Part shown: piece by piece, positions 27,565 through 36,378 of the stretch
Layout of the letters: every line of letters begins with the position of its first letter
How positions within the stretch are numbered: the stretch's first letter is position 1
Source: an uncultured Nitrospira sp.
GTDB taxonomy: Bacteria; Nitrospirota; Nitrospiria; Nitrospirales; Nitrospiraceae
Assembly (NCBI GenBank): GCA_964547625.1
Contig: CAZJOQ010000002.1
Location: 1-50,124, forward strand
Direction of reading: 5' to 3'
Length of the DNA stretch: 50,124 nucleotides
Position numbers and translations under genes: made by a program
The notes under the pieces: generated by a model
The model's input: the letters and a program-made list of their open reading frames with translations, nothing else
Database searches by the model: none
What the model was told of the DNA's origin: nothing

Positions 27565-28056
27565 TCAGTCACGCGGCATTTTGTCAGGATCAAGCTCAAC
27601 CAGCCGGATTCGACCGTTGCCGATATGGTCGGTTTTATAAAGTTGGTCGCCGATCTGGATGGTTCCGATTAGGAGATTGCCGGTGATGACAAACGTGAAG
27701 TCGCCTTGTACGGGAGGCTTGAAGGTCCCACGGACGACACTCGTGTCGTTAATACGGGAGACCGTGGAGGAAACGTCCAGTTCAGGGTTGGCGTTGTCGA
27801 AGAGTTCTACGGTGATCTTAGGCAGAGGTCGGGCTCCTGCATTTTTGAGCATGTGAAGGAGTGGAACGTCAAGCGCGATCTCTCGATCGCGGAGCATCCA
27901 CGGCTTCTTCAGCAGCGGCGTTTGATTGGCGGGGGGAGGAGTCAGAACGGTCTGCCACAAGCTCCTTGGCGCCGGCGGTTCGTCGGCCCATGCAATCTGG
28001 CTCATAACGCCACCAACTGCCCCAACGAAAAGAAGATATCGAAAGAAGTGGAGCAC
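27565..28056 (-). CDS. Secreted protein homologous to the prodomain of the adjacent metalloprotease
   Basis: Signal peptide; aligns by eye with the N-domain of 28172..29767 (ITVELFD/VTLDLFE, IGTI...LYK/VGTI...LYK, RLVELD/RLVEID). Confidence 0.72.
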   Translation of the reverse strand: MLHFFRYLLFVGAVGGVMSQIAWADEPPAPRSLWQTVLTPPPANQTPLLKKPWMLRDREIALDVPLLHMLKNAGARPLPKITVELFDNANPELDVSSTVSRINDTSVVRGTFKPPVQGDFTFVITGNLLIGTIQIGDQLYKTDHIGNGRIRLVELDPDKMPRD

Positions 28057-28171
28057 CGATCATCTCCTGGAACCAGCTGTCTTATTCGGTCACTCTAACA
28101 CATAGAAGACGACATCTGAACGCGATGATGACCGGAAGGACCGAGTTTCGGTCCTTCCGGTCTGCGATCGC

Positions 28172-29767
28172 TCATGGGACTGGCACGCGAGACGTTCCAC
28201 GCGATTTCTTGCGAGAATCTGTGCGAGGCTCATCAAGTGAATCGTCGTCGGACTCATCGTCGAACTCGTCATCCGATTCTTCGCCCACATCGTTGGGAGA
28301 ATCTGCGGATGAGTTGGCACGAAAATTCCTCAAGGTATTGGGAGACGTAGCGGCTGAGGTGGAGGTTCCCGTACGCCATGCGGCAACAATATTACGGACC
28401 TCGTTCATGGAACGTGCATTGTCCGCGGAGTTCGTAGGGTTGACCCTGTGATCGATCCCGGCCGGCCGGCCGTTGATCGTGATCTTCGGGTTTGAGAAAT
28501 ACTTCACGCGTGGACAGGAGACAGTGGGGCAGGGGTACGCCATGATCGTCCGAAATTTTCCGACGGTATCCCGATATCCATAGGAGTAGGCGAAGACCCC
28601 GGTTCCGCCGCTCGCGCGGTCGTGGGCATTCCCCATGTTGTGACCCAATTCGTGAGTGAGCGTGTTGTTCGCCACGCACTCCCGATCCGTTACGCTGAAG
28701 GCATAATTCGCGAAGCTGGCACGTGGGCCGTTCGCCATGACATAGGCGATGCCGCAATAGCCTCCGCCGTTGTCCACGATCAAGGCGACCAGATCGGCCT
28801 TGTATTGATTGCGCAATTGATGAACCTGGTCCATGAAACCATCGGTCGTGCTCCGTAAGCGCGTGAGATCGGTGCTGATGTTGCCTGATTCCGTATAGGC
28901 GACCTCGGCGGAGCGGGCTAGCCGGAGTCGCATGGCGATCCTGCTGTTACTGTAGGCTTGATTGGCCAGATCGACGCCCAGCGCAACCAATGCAATCATG
29001 GCGGCCTGGCCACCCTGCCTCGCACGTGCGGTAGGGGTGTAGACGACGAGCAAGTCGACGATCGTGTTCGGTGTCGTTGCGGCAGTGGTAGTCACGGCGC
29101 CAGTCGTCGCGGCCGTAGCGGTATCGAGCTGTTCCAGGTTGGGCTCATGCGCGGGAGGCTCTGCAGGCGTGCCGTCATCAGGCACCAGGAGTGGATGGTG
29201 ATCTAGCGGCAGGGCCTCTTCGTCTATTTCGACGAGACGGTGGCGGTTGTCCTCGGTCGGCTCAATTTTATAGAGACGCTGGTTCGAGTAGATCGTCCCC
29301 ACCATCTTTTTTCTGCCGCGCATCGCCACTGTGACATCGCTCTCCGAGTCTTCCTGCAAACGTCCATGCCAGACCTTGGTCTTGTTGCGGTGGGTTTGCG
29401 GCTCGTCGAACTCCAGCGTGCAAGTTCCGGCCTCGAAGAGGTCCAGTGTTACCACGGCTTTCTTTTCTTTGCGCGCGTGGCGCATCGCCTCCAACGCAGT
29501 CGGATTGAGTGCCATGGTTCGATGACGCCGTACCCATCGCTTGGCCATCTGAGGTGACGGAAAGGCTTGGGCGATTGCTGGGGGAATGTCGCCTGGGGTT
29601 TCAACGAAGAGTGGGGGCTGAGATGGCGTCGAGGCGCAGATTCCGACGGACGGCACGCTCAGCGCTGCCGCGCACAGGTAGAAACCTATCGCGCGCGAGC
29701 GAAAGAACGAGAAGCGCTGTATCCCGCGACCTCTCGGTGACTGTCGGATTGACAAGATCGGCTCCAT
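28172..29767 (-). CDS. Reprolysin-like (M12/M72-type) metzincin zinc metalloprotease
   Basis: HELGHNMGNAH zinc motif, Met-turn TIMAY, VDLLVVYT, CGIAY, acidic C-terminal tail. ATG 29767 follows AAGGAGG (ORF open to 29836). Confidence 0.9.
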   Translation of the reverse strand: MEPILSIRQSPRGRGIQRFSFFRSRAIGFYLCAAALSVPSVGICASTPSQPPLFVETPGDIPPAIAQAFPSPQMAKRWVRRHRTMALNPTALEAMRHARKEKKAVVTLDLFEAGTCTLEFDEPQTHRNKTKVWHGRLQEDSESDVTVAMRGRKKMVGTIYSNQRLYKIEPTEDNRHRLVEIDEEALPLDHHPLLVPDDGTPAEPPAHEPNLEQLDTATAATTGAVTTTAATTPNTIVDLLVVYTPTARARQGGQAAMIALVALGVDLANQAYSNSRIAMRLRLARSAEVAYTESGNISTDLTRLRSTTDGFMDQVHQLRNQYKADLVALIVDNGGGYCGIAYVMANGPRASFANYAFSVTDRECVANNTLTHELGHNMGNAHDRASGGTGVFAYSYGYRDTVGKFRTIMAYPCPTVSCPRVKYFSNPKITINGRPAGIDHRVNPTNSADNARSMNEVRNIVAAWRTGTSTSAATSPNTLRNFRANSSADSPNDVGEESDDEFDDESDDDSLDEPRTDSRKKSRGTSRVPVP

Positions 29768-30183
29768 GTAACCCTCCTTCTGTTTAAACCTATGAAGGGT
29801 CGTCTCAGCAAGGGCCATACCTCCACCATGAGCCACTACTTTCTCAGGATGAAGAAGGCGGGTTTGCTCGCGCTATCAAATGTTTTGCGATGCAGACAGG
29901 CAGAATTCAAAAATGAATAGGAAGGAAAACTTTACTATAGAGTGTAAAGGTGAAGGGCGTGACCTACGCAGAAAACCTCATCATCATTCACGGACTGTAC
30001 AATGATGAAACAGGTTCTGCACCGTTGCGCAGCGCTGAGCTCTCCGAGTGAAGAGATGATCGAGAGAGCGACGGCGGATTGTGTAGTCCCTCCGTTTTCT
30101 GCAGAGCATTCTGTTTCATAGGGGTGGTGGAAGAGAAACCTCACCCATATCAATCGCTTGTTCCAGTTGAATGATCGGATGAC

Positions 30184-30642
30184 TCAATCCGGATTGATGA
30201 TTTTGGGAGGTCGACGTGGCTCGTCCGGGAAGTCTGGGAGCGGGCGACGGTCGACAGTCCAGCTGTTCAGGACGGTCGTCACCAGGCTGATCACTAGTGC
30301 GCCACCGACAGCCGGCCAGAATCCGGAGACCGTGAATCCCTTTACCAGAAACGCCGTGAATTCCAACAACAGCGCGTTCAAGACCACCAGAAACAGTCCG
30401 AGGGTAAAAACAATCAACGGTAAGGTCAGCAGGAAGAGAACGGGGCGAAGGATCACATTCAAGAACGTCAGGACCAGGACGGCTGCAATACCGGACGTGA
30501 ACCCGTCCGACTCGAGCCCGGGGACCATGGAGATCGCCAGGAACACCGCAATACCGGTGATGAGCACGCGCATGATGGCGTGGCGTATACCACCGTGGAA
30601 TGGTGATTCGTGGACTGCGCGAGAAAAACGAATACCAGGCAT
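30184..30642 (-). CDS. DUF360 / 4-TM 'phage holin family' (YvlD-like) membrane protein
   Basis: LNVILRPVLFLLTLPLIVFTLGLFLVVLNALLL signature. Confidence 0.88.
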   Translation of the reverse strand: MPGIRFSRAVHESPFHGGIRHAIMRVLITGIAVFLAISMVPGLESDGFTSGIAAVLVLTFLNVILRPVLFLLTLPLIVFTLGLFLVVLNALLLEFTAFLVKGFTVSGFWPAVGGALVISLVTTVLNSWTVDRRPLPDFPDEPRRPPKIINPD

Positions 30643-30645
30643 CGG

Positions 30646-30987
30646 CTACCGAGTGATTGAAGGGTTTCTCATCGGTGAATAATGAACGATGGTTGCAGTC
30701 ACCTTCTGCTTGTCTTTTGTCGCCTCAATGATGACACGGTCACCTACTTCGGGCGGGTCGACCGATTTGGAGTTGATTTTATTCTTAAATTTCACCTGCT
30801 TGTCGAGCAGCACGGAGACGACCGGTCCTTTGGCTGTCTTGACTTCAATATGTTTGACATCGATGGCTGTCACGATGCCGAGCACGTGCAACAGATCCGC
30901 TGCCTGGGCCCAGCCTGCGGTGAGTGCTCCAAGTGTGATGAGCAGTACTACGCAGGCTCTGGTCAACCGAACGGCGCTCAAAAACAT
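30646..30987 (-). CDS. Hypothetical periplasmic OB-fold-like protein
   Basis: Signal peptide; HVLGIVTAID...VGDRVIIEA pattern. Confidence 0.7.
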   Translation of the reverse strand: MFLSAVRLTRACVVLLITLGALTAGWAQAADLLHVLGIVTAIDVKHIEVKTAKGPVVSVLLDKQVKFKNKINSKSVDPPEVGDRVIIEATKDKQKVTATIVHYSPMRNPSITR

Positions 30988-31113
30988 ATCTTAGTCCGGT
31001 AAAGATGATGGCCCTCATCGTGACAGCGAATCGGAGCGGAATCGCTCCTAAGCTCGAGACCCGAGCATCATCTCACCCCACTATACAAATTCTTCCGGGC
31101 GAATACCACTCCA

Positions 31114-31923
31114 TCATGCGGAGGGCTGAAATCGTCGACAATCGGAGAGGCGAACGATCACAAAGACTAAGAAAGGCAAGTGCATCAACAGGCCGCTCAT
31201 GCCCATGAACGATTCTCCGATCCAAAACGTCATACCGAGGTTGAAGGCCAAAACTCCGTAGTACAGCCCGATACCGAGCAAGAGCCGCTGCGTGATCGGG
31301 CGTGGTGGCGAGAGGGGAGCGAGGCTGCGGTCCAGCGAAAAATAGATGGCGAGCGAAATCAGCCCCACTACTGCCCAACCGACATAGTTGGCCATCGGAA
31401 CACCGAAGTGCCAGCCCGGGTCGGGATAGTAGTAAATCTTGCCCAAAAACCAATGGTCGCCTCGCAGGGCTACTGGATCGATGACCATATCGATAAAGGC
31501 GAACAGAAAAGCGGTCAGCGCGTAGACGGACCAGCTCGTGCGGGCCTCCACCTCGAAGCCTAAGGGCTTGACAGGGAGATGCCAGGCCAGGGAAGAGGAA
31601 TCGAGCGGGAGTAAGAGGCCGAGAGCCACACAGTAGGAGGCAAAGAGAAGGAAACTAAACGAGATGGAATCCATGAACGGCACGTCGAAAAAGTAGAGTT
31701 CTTGGCCAACCGTCGAACCGTTGTAAAAGTACCAGCCGAAGGGGATGCCGGTCCTCGTGGACGAGAACTCGCAAATGAATGCCGTGATCCAGCTGATGAG
31801 CCAGAAGCGCCATGTACGAGGCCAGCCGATCAGTTTGATGGCAGAGAAGAGGAACGCGGCAAAGAAAATAAAAACGTAGGGCCGGAGGAGAATCGTTTTG
31901 ACAAATAGGGTGACAGCTTCCAT
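31114..31923 (-). CDS. Carotenoid biosynthesis (CruF/DUF422-like) membrane protein
   Basis: Motifs E...RTGIPFGWYFY, DMVIDPVA and FGVPMANYVGW. Confidence 0.82.
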   Translation of the reverse strand: MEAVTLFVKTILLRPYVFIFFAAFLFSAIKLIGWPRTWRFWLISWITAFICEFSSTRTGIPFGWYFYNGSTVGQELYFFDVPFMDSISFSFLLFASYCVALGLLLPLDSSSLAWHLPVKPLGFEVEARTSWSVYALTAFLFAFIDMVIDPVALRGDHWFLGKIYYYPDPGWHFGVPMANYVGWAVVGLISLAIYFSLDRSLAPLSPPRPITQRLLLGIGLYYGVLAFNLGMTFWIGESFMGMSGLLMHLPFLVFVIVRLSDCRRFQPSA

Positions 31924-31946
31924 GAACAGGATTTACGCAGTGACTA

Positions 31947-32930
31947 TTACGCGTACCCGTGAGTCTTGAACCATCGCACCGCCTTCTCCAGTGCCACTTC
32001 GGGAGGTTGTTGTGGCAGGCCGAGTTCTCGGATCGCCTTGCTGCAATCATAGTGCATCTTATACTTGGCCATCTTCACCCCTTCCAGCGGAATGCGCGGC
32101 GGTAGGCCGGTCAGGTTGGCAAGCCAGTGATTGAGATAGGCGAGCGGGAGCACCGCGCCTCTCGGTAATTTTAGAGCCGGGGCTTTGACGCCGGTTAATG
32201 TGCTGAGAATCTCAAACACTTCACGAAGCAACAGGTTCTGAGCGCCAAGGATATATCGTTCACCCTGGCGGCCTTTCTCCATTGCGAGTAGATGGCCGGT
32301 GGCCACGTCATCCACATCGATAATATTCATGCCGGTTTCAATGTAGGCCGGCATCCGACCTTTCATGAAGTCCACGATGATCTGGCCGGTCGGGGTCGGC
32401 TTCACGTCGCGCTCGCCGACCGGGGCACTGGGGTTGACAATGACGACGGGCAATCCCTTCTTCGCCAGCTTGTGCACCTCCTGCTCAGCCAGGTACTTCG
32501 AGCGTTTATAGTGGCCGGCCATTTGTTCGAGTGATACCGGCGTCTCTTCCATTCCGAGTCCTCCACCAGGCGGTAAGCCGATCGCGCCAATGGTGCTGCA
32601 ATAGACCGTACGCTCGACTCCCACTTCGCGCGCGACTTCCAACAGATTTCTGGTGCCGACCACGTTAATGTCATAGAAGATCGACGGATCTTTGGCCCAC
32701 AGCGCGTAGTGTGCGGCGACATGGTAGAGGTGGCGGCAACCGGTAAGGGCCCGGCGGAGTGATTCTTTATCGCGGAGATCGCCGGGGACAGTGTCGATGT
32801 TCAATGACTGGAGATTGGTTGGATCACTTCCGGGGCGGGCAATCACACGGACTTCCACACCGGTCCGAAGTAGGGCGCGAACCACCGCGGCTCCGACAAA
32901 CCCAGTTGCTCCAGTCACGAGAGCTTTCAT
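31947..32930 (-). CDS. hpnA: Hopanoid-associated sugar epimerase
   Basis: Motifs VTGATGFVG, HVAAHYALW, YKRSK and VNPSAPVGERDVKPTPTG. Confidence 0.88.
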   Translation of the reverse strand: MKALVTGATGFVGAAVVRALLRTGVEVRVIARPGSDPTNLQSLNIDTVPGDLRDKESLRRALTGCRHLYHVAAHYALWAKDPSIFYDINVVGTRNLLEVAREVGVERTVYCSTIGAIGLPPGGGLGMEETPVSLEQMAGHYKRSKYLAEQEVHKLAKKGLPVVIVNPSAPVGERDVKPTPTGQIIVDFMKGRMPAYIETGMNIIDVDDVATGHLLAMEKGRQGERYILGAQNLLLREVFEILSTLTGVKAPALKLPRGAVLPLAYLNHWLANLTGLPPRIPLEGVKMAKYKMHYDCSKAIRELGLPQQPPEVALEKAVRWFKTHGYA

Positions 32931-32932
32931 GA

Positions 32933-33035
32933 CGAAAACGTGAAACGTGAAACGTGAAGCGTGAAGCGCGTGAAATGATAATGGCCGCTCGATTGTATGG
33001 GTTTGCGTGTCACGAGATACGCTTCACGAGCGACG
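32933..33035. repeat. Intergenic heptamer tandem repeat (CGTGAAR)n with a partly complementary arm
   Basis: CGTGAAA x2, CGTGAAG x2 and CGTGAAA at 32939-32975; complementary TCACGAG/TTCACG units at about 33010-33030. Confidence 0.75.
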
Positions 33036-33926
33036 TCAGTTCTTACGACTTGTGATATATCGCGCGATCTCGCGCAAAGGATCGGCCGAGGGGCCAAAGG
33101 AGGAGAGACGGCTGATGGCACGAGTGACACACTCATCGGCCAGTTTCTTCGCTCCGTCCACGCCATAAAACGTGGGATAGGTTTTCTTCCCACGCTCGGC
33201 GTCGGTGTTGGGATTCTTTCCAAGCTCTTCGCGCGTACCAGTCACATTCAGCACGTCGTCGGCGATTTGAAACGCCAGCCCGATGTCCTCGGCATAAGCC
33301 GTCATGTCGTCGAGTTGCCGGTCGCTCGCTCCGGCGGCGATGGCGCCCATTCGTACAGCGGCACGAATGAGCATGCCGGTTTTGTGCTTGTGAATATTCT
33401 GCAGGGTCGGGAGATCGATATCCCTGTTTTCGGCTTGGATGTCGAAGACCTGACCTCCCACCATGCCCATGTTGCCGGACCCAAAAGCCAACTCTTGAAT
33501 GATGCGCACTTGCCGCACCGGATCGCAGCCCTTCATGAGGTCCGGCCTGCTGACCAGGTCGAACGCCATTGTGAGTAACGCGTCCCCGGCAAGAATGGCC
33601 ATCGCTTCGCCATAGACTTTATGATTCGTCGGCTTCCCACGGCGAAAGTCGTCGTTGTCCATTGAGGGCAGATCGTCGTGAATCAGGGAATAGGTATGAA
33701 TGAGCTCCAGCGAACAGGCGACTGCCATGAGGCCGGGTGGTGTCTGTCCCAAGGCGTCCGCCGCCGCGATCGTCAGAATCGGGCGAACACGCTTTCCACC
33801 CGCCATCAGGCTATAGCGCAGACTCTCATGCAGCGTGGTCGGCGGGATGGCGGTCGGTGGAGCTATGAAGTCGAGAAAACGATCGACCTCGATGCGTTTG
33901 CGTTCCAGATAGTCTGCAATGTTCAT
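33036..33926 (-). CDS. ispA: Polyprenyl (farnesyl diphosphate) synthase
   Basis: Motifs GGKRVRP, LIHDDLPSMDNDDFRRGKPT, HKTG and FQIADD. Confidence 0.93.
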   Translation of the reverse strand: MNIADYLERKRIEVDRFLDFIAPPTAIPPTTLHESLRYSLMAGGKRVRPILTIAAADALGQTPPGLMAVACSLELIHTYSLIHDDLPSMDNDDFRRGKPTNHKVYGEAMAILAGDALLTMAFDLVSRPDLMKGCDPVRQVRIIQELAFGSGNMGMVGGQVFDIQAENRDIDLPTLQNIHKHKTGMLIRAAVRMGAIAAGASDRQLDDMTAYAEDIGLAFQIADDVLNVTGTREELGKNPNTDAERGKKTYPTFYGVDGAKKLADECVTRAISRLSSFGPSADPLREIARYITSRKN

Positions 33927-34121
33927 GAACTTGCACTCTTGTTGCGAAGCTGCCTTCACTCGCGCGGAGAGTAACAAACGATTAAAGATGAGTCAAACGG
34001 GGTGGAAGATATTTGTCTGTGGTAAGTCTTGATGAAACCGTCGAATCAGACGAAAATATCAGAAAGTTAGTTTGCTCTATCCGGATACTGTGCTGGTCAG
34101 AAAGCTCAAAGGCTGAATGTA

Positions 34122-34895
34122 GTGAAAAACACAAAGTGCATTTGGTGTCAGGGTGGAGCTGGAGGAAGGCATGTTGAGCATATTGTTCCCGAGGTCCTTG
34201 GGTGTCCGCCAGGTTTCGTCCTCCCCGCGGAAGTAATTTGTAGATCCTGCAACAACGGCCTGGGGCATCTAGATCAGGCCGTGGCTGACGATTTCGACTT
34301 TGTGTCCTTTCTAGCTGATATCCCTCGCAAAAAAGGAAGACTCCCAGGAATTACCAATCGAGGTAATGTTTACGCATTCAAAGGAGTGAACGGTCAAGAA
34401 ATCTTCTTTAATATGGACCCAATATCTACAGTCGCGACCAACGGGTCACGTGTTGCCGCTTATCGTGGCTCTGAGCGCGACATTAAGGCACGATTCGAAG
34501 AGGAAGGGCTGTACGCTCGAATTTCCTTTCAGGTCACATTTGGCCAAGCCAAAAAATTCCAGCGTGGAATATACAAGATTGCGCTTTCTGCTTTAGCCTA
34601 TTTCATCGGAGTACATGAGCTATACAAGCCGAAGTACGATCGACTACGGCAGTATGTCTGCAGGGGAAGCGGCACGCGCCATTTCATGGTGCTCGGGGAT
34701 GCCGATCCAGGCAACTACTTTCATAAGTTCGAACCCCCATTCATGAGCCCGACTGGGGACCACGCGTTTGAGTTCAGGCTGGCGTGCGTTCGATTCATTG
34801 TCGACCTCAGCGAATCTGAATCTTACTTGTCGTCAGTACGGGAAGTTGTGAAACGAGAAGTCGGAATGAATGGGTGGTCCATAGTACCGAGATGA
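34122..34895 (+). CDS. HNH endonuclease domain protein
   Basis: CIWC...EHIVPEVLG...CRSCNNGLG.LD (HNH_5-like N-terminus); C-terminal region unrecognised. Confidence 0.82.
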   Translation: MKNTKCIWCQGGAGGRHVEHIVPEVLGCPPGFVLPAEVICRSCNNGLGHLDQAVADDFDFVSFLADIPRKKGRLPGITNRGNVYAFKGVNGQEIFFNMDPISTVATNGSRVAAYRGSERDIKARFEEEGLYARISFQVTFGQAKKFQRGIYKIALSALAYFIGVHELYKPKYDRLRQYVCRGSGTRHFMVLGDADPGNYFHKFEPPFMSPTGDHAFEFRLACVRFIVDLSESESYLSSVREVVKREVGMNGWSIVPR

Positions 34896-35091
34896 TGATG
34901 CCAAGAATAGACTGAAGAAAGGAGTGTGGAATCAGTGCCGTGTCTCGCAATCCGGCATAGACTTTGAGCCCCCTTGCCGCTGTGCGACACAGTTCAAAAG
35001 AGAGGATTTCATGCCTTCCCTACCTCGCCCCGGTCGGCAACCACTTCCATTAGCTTTGACCGTACCCCTCCTGTAGCTGTGTACTCATGAC

Positions 35092-35245
35092 CAGGTACGC
35101 CGCTTTTGCATCGTCTATGCCGTCGATTAGAAAATCCGAGTCATTCGCCTGATGCCCGTTGGACCCCGTCGGTATGTGTATTCGGTATGTGTATGAGAAA
35201 CAGACCGAGCGACTTGGAGCTAAGGGACAGGGTAAGGGGAGTTGA
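35092..35245 (+). pseudogene. RelE/ParE-family toxin 3' remnant
   Basis: QVRRFCIVYAVD*KIRVIRLMPVGPRRYVY resembles the RelE C-terminal pattern R-I-V-Y...V-G-H-R-x-x-V-Y. There is an internal stop, and a 13 bp tandem duplication (TCGGTATGTGTAT x2, 35169-35194) breaks the frame. Confidence 0.62.
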
Positions 35246-35461
35246 TGGGAGGGAAGACGCCAAAAGCGGGCATGTGTCATGGCCCGACCCTAACGACCAG
35301 CTTTTCGGAGCACATCGATCTGGGTATCTCCGATCTTCGTACCTGGCTGCTGTGATGCATCTGAAGCGAAAACCGGACTATGGGTTTTCAAGCTGCAAGG
35401 CCAAGTAGGAGTTCACCGTTGCTTGTATTTCCGCTGATCGCCCCGCTATACTTCTGATCTT

Positions 35462-35752
35462 ATGAGCATTCGAAAAGGCGGCGGTGAATGGGAACCGATG
35501 CTGCTTGCAGCTACGCCTCGGTATTGTAGAGTCTGCAAAGACGATCTCTACCGGGACAAGACCATGTTGCGTGGAGGCTGGTCCCGTTGTACGATCTGTG
35601 ACGAGTTTGTCCACTATAGTTGCCTTGCCAGCGGAAAGGTCTCCTTTCTGAAGGCCCGACCACGGGTGTGTAAACCTTGTCGTTTGGTGCAGGAGGGGAT
35701 CGTGTTGTCTCCCCCGAAAAAAGACGAGCCTCCTGTGGCCGCCGTGTCATGA
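35462..35752 (+). CDS. Small Cys4-His-Cys3 (PHD-finger-like) zinc-binding protein
   Basis: CRVC-x17-CTIC-x4-H-x2-C-x15-CKPC. Confidence 0.68.
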   Translation: MSIRKGGGEWEPMLLAATPRYCRVCKDDLYRDKTMLRGGWSRCTICDEFVHYSCLASGKVSFLKARPRVCKPCRLVQEGIVLSPPKKDEPPVAAVS

Positions 35753-35961
35753 AACGTGGTTCAACGCACCATCTTGGGCGCATGCGCGTGGAATGGTCTC
35801 GTCTCTTCTCCGGAACGATTCAGTGCGCGAAGGCCCCGTTGTTCTGATTGAGCGGCAACGGGCCATGCCGGTAGGGGTCTTCTCGTGTGTGATTCCCGCG
35901 ATGAGTCGGCAGACCGTTGATGACGACAGATTAAATCGCGTGACTGTTCATAAAGCAGATC

Positions 35962-36336
35962 ATGACACAGATCATTCGAAGTGGGGCCTTTCTTCAACAG
36001 TGTTGGGCGGTTCACCCGCTGTGTGTGACCGTCAAGCGAATGACAGATGAGAACGGGGTGATTCTCTCTTGCAGCGCATGCAAGTCAATCCATCATCTCG
36101 CGACCACCATCGTCGTTTCGAAAGGGCCCTCGGCGCAACGAACGGCGGAAGTAGACATCCTTCGGGACGAGCCGCGTGGCACAGAATTCCTCAAGGCCTG
36201 TGTCGCGACGCATCCGGCATCGCTTTCACTTCGTGAGATGGATGTCTTCCAGGATCTTGTGCGGTTGCGCTGCGCCGACTGCCGACGGCTGTACGAAGTG
36301 TCAGTCGCGACATTTGAAACACGCCAGAAATCATAG
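35962..36336 (+). CDS. Hypothetical protein with two CxxxH...CxxC repeats
   Basis: FLQQCWAVHP...CSAC and FLKACVATHP...CADC. Confidence 0.72.
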   Translation: MTQIIRSGAFLQQCWAVHPLCVTVKRMTDENGVILSCSACKSIHHLATTIVVSKGPSAQRTAEVDILRDEPRGTEFLKACVATHPASLSLREMDVFQDLVRLRCADCRRLYEVSVATFETRQKS

Positions 36337-36378
36337 CGATCTGAAAACAGGGAAGCACGAGCTTGTCATGTTCCTATC

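Noticed and set aside
28125-28451. Ser-rich plus-strand ORF and the many other antisense or overlapping ORFs in the track
   Set aside because: They are shadows of well-supported genes on the opposite strand or another frame, as expected in GC-rich DNA, and show no motifs or RBS.
30184-30642. 'Phage holin' as evidence of a prophage
   Set aside because: DUF360/YvlD-like proteins are common chromosomal membrane proteins, and no endolysin, structural or integrase genes are nearby.
32933-32975. Repeat array as CRISPR
   Set aside because: The units are 7 bp and contiguous, with no spacers and no cas genes.
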